From an uncultured Solirubrobacteraceae bacterium (GTDB taxonomy: Bacteria; Actinomycetota; Thermoleophilia; Solirubrobacterales; Solirubrobacteraceae): a stretch of DNA of 45,048 nucleotides. Both the position numbers and the translations under genes were made by a program. The notes below the pieces were generated by a model. That model was not told the DNA's origin and did not search any database. It saw only the letters and a program-made list of their open reading frames with translations. The stretch lies in contig CAXUES010000001.1 in NCBI GenBank assembly GCA_964250185.1, forward strand, positions 1-45,048, given 5' to 3'. Shown in pieces: positions 19,192-26,946 of this stretch (its first letter is position 1; every line of letters starts with the position of its first letter).

Positions 19192-20903
19192 AGCGCGGCC
19201 TCCAAGACGGTCTTGGCCGCGGGGGCGGCGGTGGCGCCGCCCGCGCCCTGGCCGACCAGCAGCACCGCGACGACCACCCGCGCCTTGCGCGCGGGCGCGA
19301 AGGCGACGAACCACGCGTCGGTGTCCGAGGTGTCGTCGGGGTCCACGGGTTCGGTGGCAGCGCGCAGATCGTCCGGGTCGGGCTTGACGGTGGTGCGCAG
19401 CTCCGCCGTCCCCGTCTTGCCGGCCACGGGGGTGCCCGGGATCGCGGCCGCCGCCCCCGTGCCGTTCTTGACGACCGCGCGCATGAAGGTGGTGATGGTG
19501 CGAGCGGTGCGGGCGGAGGTCGCGCGGGTGGCCCTGCCCTGAGCGCCGCGCAGGAAGACGGGGCGGACGTGCTGGCCGTGGTTGGCGATCGCGCCGGCGA
19601 CCTCGGCCATGCGCAGCGGCGTCGAGGTGACGCGGCCCTGGCCGATGGCGCTCGAGCCGACGGCGAGGTCGTCTCCGATCTCGGCGGCGGGCGGGATCGA
19701 GGACGGCGGCGCGCCCGGGATGTCGGAGGTCTCGTTGAAGCCGAAGCGCTCGGCGGCGGCGACCAGGCGCCTAGCCCCGAGCTTGGCGCCCAGCGGCGCG
19801 AAGACGCTGTTGCAGGACTCGGCGAAGGCGGACTCGAGCGACCCGCCGCAGGCCTCGCCGTTGGCGTTCTCGAGCCCGACGCCAGCCAGCGTCGCCTCCG
19901 TCTGGACGGGGTACGTGGACGTCGCCTTCGCGATGCCGGAGTCCAGCGCGGCCGCCAGCGTGATGATCTTGAAGGTCGAGCCCGGCGGCTGGGGCGCCGA
20001 GTAGCCGATCCCCGACAGCGCCAGGACCTCGCCCGTGCGCGGGCGCAGGACCGCGATGCCGCCGAAGCGCCCGGCGAGGGCGGCGACCGCGGCCTTCTCC
20101 ACGTCGAGGTCGATGGACGTCCGCACCGCGCCGCCCTGATGCGCCGCGACGCGGCGCAGCACGCGCGCCCCCGCCCTGAGCGTCCCCCCGAACGTCCCGG
20201 CCAGCCGCGTCTCGAACTGGCGCTCGAGCCCGGTCAGCCCGACGCTCGCGTCCTTGGGGTAGCCGAGCGCGGCGTAGCGGGCGCGATCGTCCCCCGGGAT
20301 CGGCCCGACGGAGCCGGAGACCTCCGCGGCCAGCGTCCCGATGTCCGACGTGCGGTCGGGCCCGGTGGCGATGACGGCGCCGTCGCGGGCCTCGAGCGTC
20401 GCCCGCGGCGGCATCACCACCGTGCTCCTGAGCTGCTCGCCGTCGCGCAGGCCGGGGAAGACCAGGCGGCGGCGGAAGACGACGCCGGCGACGTCCTCTT
20501 TGGTGCTCACCTCGATGCGCAGCGTCCCCGGCAGCTCCCCGAAGCGGCGGGTGACAGCACGCATGCGGACGACGTAGGCGCCGTCCCGGGAGCGCAGCGG
20601 GCCGACGCTGCGGACGTGCTCGAGGCTGGCCGCCTGGATGGCGCGGCGGTAGAGGCTGGCGAAGCCGCCGGGGGAGATCTCGGTGCGGGAGGCGTCGTCC
20701 AGGAGCGCGTACATCCCCCCGTAGTCGCCGCGCTCCCAGGCGTGCAGGAAGCGCGCGGCGACCACCCGCTCGCGCGACTGGTGGTGCGAGCCCACCAGCG
20801 ACCCGATCGCGAACGCGCCGACGGCGAAGAGCACCAATGGCAACGCCCGCGCGAACAGGCGATGGCGGCGGTTCGGCGAGATCGGGAACGACGCGGTCGG
20901 CAC
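19188..20903 (-). CDS. Class B penicillin-binding protein with NTF2-like (MecA-N) domain
   Basis: N-terminal TM, FLHAWERGDYGGMY, SxxK (PGSTFK), SCN and GKTGT. Confidence 0.9.
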   Translation of the reverse strand: MPTASFPISPNRRHRLFARALPLVLFAVGAFAIGSLVGSHHQSRERVVAARFLHAWERGDYGGMYALLDDASRTEISPGGFASLYRRAIQAASLEHVRSVGPLRSRDGAYVVRMRAVTRRFGELPGTLRIEVSTKEDVAGVVFRRRLVFPGLRDGEQLRSTVVMPPRATLEARDGAVIATGPDRTSDIGTLAAEVSGSVGPIPGDDRARYAALGYPKDASVGLTGLERQFETRLAGTFGGTLRAGARVLRRVAAHQGGAVRTSIDLDVEKAAVAALAGRFGGIAVLRPRTGEVLALSGIGYSAPQPPGSTFKIITLAAALDSGIAKATSTYPVQTEATLAGVGLENANGEACGGSLESAFAESCNSVFAPLGAKLGARRLVAAAERFGFNETSDIPGAPPSSIPPAAEIGDDLAVGSSAIGQGRVTSTPLRMAEVAGAIANHGQHVRPVFLRGAQGRATRATSARTARTITTFMRAVVKNGTGAAAAIPGTPVAGKTGTAELRTTVKPDPDDLRAATEPVDPDDTSDTDAWFVAFAPARKARVVVAVLLVGQGAGGATAAPAAKTVLEAAL

Positions 20904-20926
20904 GGGTCAGGGATTATTGACTGAAG

Positions 20927-22057
20927 GTGAGCGCGGTGGACTGGATCATCGTCGGGGCGGTTGCCGTGCTGGCCCTGTACGGCTACGCACAGGGCTTCGT
21001 CGCCGGCGCGTTGACGCTGGCCGGCTTCGCCGTCGGCGCCTTCATCGGCACCCGCCTCGGTCCCCTTCTTCTCCACGACGGCACCGATTCCCCGTACGCG
21101 CCGCTGTTCGGGCTCGGCGGCGCGCTGCTGGCCGGGGCGATCCTGGCGTCCGGGTTCGAGGGGATCGGCGAGCGGCTGCGGGCCGCGGCCCGGCGCGCGC
21201 CGGGGCTCAGCGTCGTCGACGGGCTGCTCGGCGCCGTGCTGATGGCGGTGGTCGCGCTGGCCCTGGCCTGGGTGGCGGGGGCGATCGCGCTGCAGACGCC
21301 GGGCGCGCGCGAGCTGCGCCGCGACATCCAGCGCTCGGCGATCCTGGCCGAGTTGAACGAGGTGCTTCCGTCGCGGTCGCTGCTCAACGCGCTGGCGCGC
21401 TTCGACCCGTTCCCGTCGGTGAGCGGGCCGGGCGCGGGTGGGGTGCGCGCGCCGTCACCGCGGATCGCGCGCGACCCGCAGGTGCGCGCCGCGCGGTCCT
21501 CGGTCGTCAAGGTGCTGGGGACGGCGTGCGGGCTGGGCGTCGAGGGCTCGGGCTGGATCGCGCGGCCGGGCCTGGTCGTCACCAACGCGCACGTCGTCGC
21601 CGGCGAGGACGACACCACGGCCGACGGCCGCGGCGCCACCGTCGTCCACTTCGACGCCCACGACGACCTCGCCGTGCTGCGGGTGGACGGGCTCGGCGGT
21701 GACGCGCTGCCGCTCGCGCGCGACCCTGCGGCGGGCGTGTCGGGCGCGATCCTCGGCTATCCGCTCGACGGTCCCTATCGCGTCCGGGCCGCGCGCCTGG
21801 GCGTCACCCGGACGGTGCTCACGGAGGACGCCTACGGCGACGGGCCGGTGCGCCGCAGCGTCGTCGCGCTGCGCGGCAAGGTGCAGCCGGGCAACAGCGG
21901 AGGGCCCGTGGTCGACGGCCGCGGGCGCGTCGTGGCGACCGTGTTCGCGGCGACCACCAGCGGTCCCCGTGGCGGCTACGGGGTCCCCAATGCGCGCGTG
22001 CGCGAGGCGCTGCGAGATTCGCGCAGTTCGGTCTCCACCGGTCCCTGCGCCCGCTAA
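20927..22057 (+). CDS. MarP-family membrane serine protease (CvpA + trypsin domain)
   Basis: Four N-terminal TMs, GSGW, VTNAHVV, DLAVL and PGNSGGP. Confidence 0.88.
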   Translation: MSAVDWIIVGAVAVLALYGYAQGFVAGALTLAGFAVGAFIGTRLGPLLLHDGTDSPYAPLFGLGGALLAGAILASGFEGIGERLRAAARRAPGLSVVDGLLGAVLMAVVALALAWVAGAIALQTPGARELRRDIQRSAILAELNEVLPSRSLLNALARFDPFPSVSGPGAGGVRAPSPRIARDPQVRAARSSVVKVLGTACGLGVEGSGWIARPGLVVTNAHVVAGEDDTTADGRGATVVHFDAHDDLAVLRVDGLGGDALPLARDPAAGVSGAILGYPLDGPYRVRAARLGVTRTVLTEDAYGDGPVRRSVVALRGKVQPGNSGGPVVDGRGRVVATVFAATTSGPRGGYGVPNARVREALRDSRSSVSTGPCAR

Positions 22058-22069
22058 CGTCGGCCGCTC

Positions 22070-24295
22070 ATGGCCAAGACCCTCGTCATCGCCGAGAAGC
22101 CCTCCGTGGGGCGCGACTTCGTGCGCGTCCTGCCCGGCGCCTACGAGAAGCACGAGGGGTACCTGGAGGCCGAGGACTACATCGTCACCTGGGCGGTGGG
22201 GCACCTCGTCCAGCTCGCCGAGCCCGAGGAATACGGCCCGCAGTTCAAGAAGTGGCGGATGGCCGACCTGCCGATCATCCCCGACGCCTTCAAGCTGGTC
22301 GTGCGCGACGAGCGCTCCAAGAAGCAGATGACGGTCATCTCCAAGTTGCTCAAGCGCGACGACGTCGACCAGGTCATCAACGCCTGCGACGCCGGGCGCG
22401 AGGGTGAGCTGATCTTCGCCTACATCTTCGAGAAGGCCAAGGCCAAGAAGCCCGTGCAGCGGCTGTGGCTGTCCTCCATGACCCAGGGCGCGATCCGCGA
22501 CGCGTTCTCGCGCCTGCGGCCGGCCGGCGAGCTCGCGAAGCTCGAGGACGCCGCCCGGTCGCGCTCGGAGGCGGACTGGATCGTGGGCATGAACGCGACG
22601 CGCGCCGCCACCATCCGGCTGCGCTCGTCCTTCGACGGCGCCGTGTCGCTCGGCCGCGTGCAGACGCCGACGCTGGCGCTGATCGCCCGCCGCGAGGAGG
22701 AGATCCGCGCGTTCAAGCCGGAGCCGTACTGGATCGTCGACGGGGTCTTCGACGCGGACCAGAAGCGCTCGTACGGCGGCCGCTTCCACGCCGGCACCCA
22801 GCCGCGGATCAAGACGGAGGCCGAGGCGACGGCGGTGGTCGAGGCGGTCCGGGATGGCCGCGGCGAGATCACCAAGCTGGAGAAGACCAAGCGCTCCGAG
22901 AAGGCGCCGCTGCTGTACGACCTCACCTCGTTGCAGCGGGACGCCAACACGCGCTTCGGCTTCAGCGCGCGCCGCACGCTGGCGGCGGCCCAGCGCCTGT
23001 ACGAGGAGCACAAGGCGCTTACCTATCCGCGCACGAGCTCGCGCTTCCTCTCGTCCGACATGGCCGCGGAGATCAAGCCGACCGCCGAGCTGGTCGGCCA
23101 CAACCGCGACTACAAGACGGCCGCCGACTACGTCACCGGGCTCGACGTCCTCCCGCTCGGCCGCGTCATCAACGACGAGAAGGTCACCGACCACCACGCG
23201 ATCATCCCGACGCGCTCCGAGCACACGCTCGACAAGATGAGCGACGACGACCGCCGCGTGTACGACATGGTCGCCCGCCGCTTCCTGGCCGCCTTCCATC
23301 CCGAGGCCGTCTTCGAGAACACGCGCCTGGAGACCACCGTCGCCTCCTACGTGTTCCGGACTAGCGGCAAGGTCCTGATCGTGCCGGGCTGGCGCGGCGC
23401 CTACGGCGAGGCGGGGGTGGGTGGGGACGAGTTTGGCGCGGAACGCGACGACGACGACTCGGGTGGCGAGCAGCGCCTGCCCAAGCTCGAGAAGGGCGAG
23501 GCGGTGGACGTCCGCTCGGTCGAGTCGCAGGCCAAGGAGACCAAGCCGCCGCGGCGCTTCTCGGACGCGTCGCTGCTGGGCGCGATGGAGACCGCCGGCA
23601 AGCTCGTCGACGACGACGCCATGCGCGAGGCGATGAAGGACTCGGGCATCGGCACGCCGGCCACGCGCGCAGCGATCATCGAGCGGCTCATCTCGGTCGG
23701 CTACGTCGAGCGCGACGGCCGCGCCCTGGTCGCCTCCGAGAAGGGCCTCAACGTCATCCGCCTGCTCGGCGAGCACGCGCTCACGTCGCCGGCGCTGACC
23801 GGCGACTGGGAGAAGCGGCTGGACGGCATCGAGCACGGCCACGACACGCGCCAGAAGTTCATGGCCGACATCGCGACGTTCGCGGGCGCGACGGTCGAGG
23901 AGCTCGACGCCAAGCTCAAGGACGTCAAGATCGAGCGCGCCTCGCTCGGCCCGTGCCGGGTGTGCGGCGCCGAGATCAAGGAGAACCGCAAGGGCTTCTC
24001 GTGCTGGTCGCGCGAGGACCCCGGCTGCGGGTTCGTGATCTGGAAGGCCAAGGCCGGCAAGACGCTGACGCCGGCGATCGCCCGGGAGCTGATCGAGACG
24101 GGCTACACCGCCAAGCAGGTGACCGGCTTCAAGGGCAAGTCGGGCCGGTCGTTCCGGGCCAAGCTCGCGTTGCGCCAGTCCGAGGAGGGCAAGTGGCGCG
24201 TCGAGTTCGACGAGCCGTGGGCGCAGGAGGGTGGCGCGGCCGCCAAGCCGCCGGAGGCCGAGGCCGAAGCGACGCCGGAGGCGACGGCGGCCTAG
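22070..24295 (+). CDS. topB: DNA topoisomerase III (type IA) with Zn ribbon / C-terminal repeat
   Basis: IAEKPSV, ACDAGREGELI, GRVQTP, LYDLTSLQRDAN, TYPRTSS, HHAIIPT and GIGTPATRA. Confidence 0.93.
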   Translation: MAKTLVIAEKPSVGRDFVRVLPGAYEKHEGYLEAEDYIVTWAVGHLVQLAEPEEYGPQFKKWRMADLPIIPDAFKLVVRDERSKKQMTVISKLLKRDDVDQVINACDAGREGELIFAYIFEKAKAKKPVQRLWLSSMTQGAIRDAFSRLRPAGELAKLEDAARSRSEADWIVGMNATRAATIRLRSSFDGAVSLGRVQTPTLALIARREEEIRAFKPEPYWIVDGVFDADQKRSYGGRFHAGTQPRIKTEAEATAVVEAVRDGRGEITKLEKTKRSEKAPLLYDLTSLQRDANTRFGFSARRTLAAAQRLYEEHKALTYPRTSSRFLSSDMAAEIKPTAELVGHNRDYKTAADYVTGLDVLPLGRVINDEKVTDHHAIIPTRSEHTLDKMSDDDRRVYDMVARRFLAAFHPEAVFENTRLETTVASYVFRTSGKVLIVPGWRGAYGEAGVGGDEFGAERDDDDSGGEQRLPKLEKGEAVDVRSVESQAKETKPPRRFSDASLLGAMETAGKLVDDDAMREAMKDSGIGTPATRAAIIERLISVGYVERDGRALVASEKGLNVIRLLGEHALTSPALTGDWEKRLDGIEHGHDTRQKFMADIATFAGATVEELDAKLKDVKIERASLGPCRVCGAEIKENRKGFSCWSREDPGCGFVIWKAKAGKTLTPAIARELIETGYTAKQVTGFKGKSGRSFRAKLALRQSEEGKWRVEFDEPWAQEGGAAAKPPEAEAEATPEATAA

Positions 24296-24317
24296 CGTCG
24301 GCGTCCCCGAAGATCCC

Positions 24318-24343
24318 GTTTGATCCGTTAGCTGAACGGGAAC
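24318..24343 (+). promoter_or_regulatory. Putative SigB/SigF-type promoter of the trypsin gene
   Basis: GTTT-N16-GGGAAC, 9 nt before the proposed start. Confidence 0.5.
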
Positions 24344-24352
24344 GTTCGCGCC

Positions 24353-25144
24353 ATTCTCAGGCGCGCCTCCATCCTCTCTGCCCTCCTCTTCGCGGCCGTC
24401 GCCGCTCCGTCGCAGGCCGTTGTCGGCGGCCACGACGCCTCGCCGGGCGAATACCCGTCGGTTGCCAACATCACCTTCGGCGCCTTCGGCTGCACGGGCA
24501 CGCTGATCGCGCCCGACGCGGTCCTGACGGCCGGCCACTGCGGGTCGATCACCGGCGCCACCGGCTACGGCACGCCCGCCGCCTGGCCGACGCCGCTGAT
24601 CACCGTCACCATCGGCGGCACGCACGCGGGCGAGGGGGAGACGGTGCCGGTCAAGTCGGTCACCGTCGAGCCGAAGTACCTGGCCACTTCGGGCTACGAC
24701 GTCTCCATCCTCAAGCTCTCCAAGGCCTCCACCAAGACGCCCGTCAAGGTCGCCGGCGCGTCGGAGACGGGGCTGTGGACCGTCGGCAGCAACGAGACCA
24801 TCGTCGGCTGGGGCGTCACCTCCGAGGGCGGCGACGCTCCCGACACGCTGCAGGAGGCGGTCGTCCCGCGCGTCGCCGACGCCGGCTGCGCGTCCACTTA
24901 CTCGGACTTCGACGCCACCACCATGCTGTGCGCCGGCTATGCGGCCGGCGGCGTGGACACGTGCCAGGGCGACTCGGGCGGCCCGATGTTCGGCGGGTCC
25001 GGCGCGGCGCTGCGGGTCGTCGGCGCGACCTCGTACGGGGAGGGCTGCGCGCGGCCGAACACGCCGGGCGTCTACGCGCGGGTCGGGGACACCGCCCTGC
25101 GCGAGTGGATCCGCTCGGTCGTCCCCAACGGGGTCTCCTCCTAG
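24353..25144 (+). CDS. Secreted S1 trypsin-like serine protease (proposed ATT start)
   Basis: Signal peptide, then mature VVGG, CTGTLI, LTAGHC, YDVSIL and DTCQGDSGGP. The ORF track start (24644) truncates it after the catalytic His. Confidence 0.85.
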   Translation: MLRRASILSALLFAAVAAPSQAVVGGHDASPGEYPSVANITFGAFGCTGTLIAPDAVLTAGHCGSITGATGYGTPAAWPTPLITVTIGGTHAGEGETVPVKSVTVEPKYLATSGYDVSILKLSKASTKTPVKVAGASETGLWTVGSNETIVGWGVTSEGGDAPDTLQEAVVPRVADAGCASTYSDFDATTMLCAGYAAGGVDTCQGDSGGPMFGGSGAALRVVGATSYGEGCARPNTPGVYARVGDTALREWIRSVVPNGVSS

Positions 25145-25240
25145 CCGCCCGTCGATCACCGCCTGACGCCACCCGGCTGACGCTCACGGCCCAGAGGCCG
25201 CTTCGCGTCACCGCGCGTCGTCAGCCGGCGCCGACGGACG
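25141..25240 (+). repeat. Copy 1 of a ~100-bp dispersed element
   Basis: Aligns with the reverse complement of 43841-43946, including 21 identical nt CACCGCCTGACGCCACCCGGC. Confidence 0.75.
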
Positions 25241-25909
25241 GCCAGCGCGCCGGGCCTTGGCGTACTGGTAGACGAACACGGCCACGATCAGGACGAGGGT
25301 CGCCTTGAGCGAGTAGTTGTCGATCGCGTCGACGACGTCGACCGCCCGGTGGCCGATCTCGTAGCCGAGCGTGGCCATGAGCCCCGTCCACAGCAATGTG
25401 CCGAGCAAGTCGAGGACGAGGAAGACGGGCAGCCGCATGCCGCCGTCGCCGACGGCGGCGTAGATGAGCACGGACGGGACGGGGAGGATGTTGGCGAGCA
25501 CGACCGCCAGCGCGCCGAAGCGGCGCTCGAGCCAGTGCACCCGCCGCAGGCGTCGCTGGGCGCGGGCGTCCGTGCCGCCGAGCAGCCAGGCGAAGACGCG
25601 GTCACCCCAACGGCGGCCCGCCCACCAGAAGACCCAGTCGAACATCATCACGGTCGGGACGCCGAGCAGGACGGCGGCCGTGAACGACGTGTCGCCGATG
25701 CGCGCCCGCGCTCCCATGTTGATGATGGCGGCGGGTGAGCCGCGCAGCAGCTCGAGCAGGGCGGGGTGGTCCTTGGCCAGCAGCGGGAACACCGGCAGCA
25801 GCAGGAGCCCGTAGGCGACGGCGGCCGCCATCCCGCCGACGATGATGCGGTCGGCGCGCTGCATCGGGCCGGTCCAGGGGGTGGGTGGACCGTTGCGCGC
25901 CTCGCTCAC
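25208..25909 (-). CDS. DedA/VTT-family membrane protein
   Basis: FDWVFWWAGRRWG, LERRFG..AVVLA..LPVP and GMRLPVFLVLDLLGTLLW. Confidence 0.8.
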   Translation of the reverse strand: MSEARNGPPTPWTGPMQRADRIIVGGMAAAVAYGLLLLPVFPLLAKDHPALLELLRGSPAAIINMGARARIGDTSFTAAVLLGVPTVMMFDWVFWWAGRRWGDRVFAWLLGGTDARAQRRLRRVHWLERRFGALAVVLANILPVPSVLIYAAVGDGGMRLPVFLVLDLLGTLLWTGLMATLGYEIGHRAVDVVDAIDNYSLKATLVLIVAVFVYQYAKARRAGRPSAPADDAR

Positions 25910-25940
25910 CGCAGAGAGGGTCGCAGCTAGCGTGCGGCGG

Positions 25941-26627
25941 GTGCCCGTGCTGGCCTACGGCGACCATCCCGAGCAGACCGGCGACCTGCACCTTCCCGAC
26001 GGGGAGCCGCGCGGTGCCGTGGTGCTGTGGCACGGCGGGTCGTTCCTCCCCGAGTACACGCGGTCGATGCTGGACCCGCTGGCGCGCGAGCTGGCCCGGC
26101 GCGGGCTGGCCGCCTACAACGCGACCTACCGGCGGCTGGGTTGCGGGGGCGGGGTCCCGGAGACGTTCGACGACGCGCTCGCCGCGGTCGACGCCCTGAC
26201 CGCCGAGCTCGGGGTGGGTGACGCACCAGCGGGGATCGGGCTGTCGGCGGGCGCGCCGCTGGCCCTGCACGCGGCGGCGGCCGGGAGGCTGTCGCGGGTG
26301 GTCGACATCGCCGGCGTCGCGGCGCTGGCCGCGGCGGCGCGGGCAGTGGGGACGGGGTCGTCGGTCTGGACGCTGTTCGGGGCGGGCCCGGACGAGGACC
26401 CCGAGCGCTACGCCGCCTTCGACCCGATGGAGCGGGCGCTCGACGTCCCGCTGCTCGTCCTGCACGGCGACGCCGACGACATCGTCCCGATCGAGCTCAG
26501 CCGCGCCTACGCCGAGCGGGCCGGCGGGGAGCTCGTCACCGTCCCCGGCGCCGGGCACTTCGACCTCTACGGCCTGGGACGACCGGCGCCGCCGGAGCTG
26601 TTCGCCTTCCTCGACGTCGCGAGTTAG
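25941..26627 (+). CDS. Alpha/beta hydrolase (esterase-like)
   Basis: YGDHPEQTGDL, HGGSF, YRRLG, GLSAG, HGDADDIVP and GAGHF. GTG 25941 lies behind TAGCGT (25932 is an alternative start). Confidence 0.85.
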   Translation: MPVLAYGDHPEQTGDLHLPDGEPRGAVVLWHGGSFLPEYTRSMLDPLARELARRGLAAYNATYRRLGCGGGVPETFDDALAAVDALTAELGVGDAPAGIGLSAGAPLALHAAAAGRLSRVVDIAGVAALAAAARAVGTGSSVWTLFGAGPDEDPERYAAFDPMERALDVPLLVLHGDADDIVPIELSRAYAERAGGELVTVPGAGHFDLYGLGRPAPPELFAFLDVAS

Positions 26628-26854
26628 AGGGCGCGCCAGCGGTCGAGCAGGCGCTCGACGAGCGTGGGCCGCCGGAAGGTGATCGTCGGCTCGCTCGGGC
26701 TGAGCTCCAGCATCGCGTCGACGACCGGGCGGGCCGGCCCGCCGTCGGTCGACCAGGCGATGTAGAGCTCCTCGCTGCGCAGCAGGTGCGCGAGCGCGCC
26801 CGCGAGCGCAAGGTCATCCTCCGTGTGGGCCACCGGGAGGTGCAGAGCGGTCAT
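26624..26854 (-). CDS. Small hypothetical protein (76 aa)
   Basis: High-GC3 frame from ATG 26854; its stop overlaps the convergent gene stop. Confidence 0.5.
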   Translation of the reverse strand: MTALHLPVAHTEDDLALAGALAHLLRSEELYIAWSTDGGPARPVVDAMLELSPSEPTITFRRPTLVERLLDRWRAL

Positions 26855-26946
26855 CACCACATATAACGGCACAATGCGGTCAGAAGTTGTGCTCCGCGGC
26901 GCAAGTTGTGCCAGAACGTCCGGCCGGGCGGCCACGATGGGACGTC

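Noticed and set aside
23411-23466. Atypical-codon patch in topB (GVGGDEFGAERDDDD)
   Set aside because: Falls in a normally variable acidic linker and shows no clear symmetry or second copy
24334-24347. Possible LexA box GAAC...GTTC
   Set aside because: The spacer is 6 nt, not 4, and the site is better explained by the SigB-type promoter
21455-25159. Very long antisense ORFs (1234 aa here; also 26854-30612, 1814-4135 and 41755-43797)
   Set aside because: Shadow frames of real genes in high-GC DNA, with Arg/Gly/Ala-rich translations and no motifs
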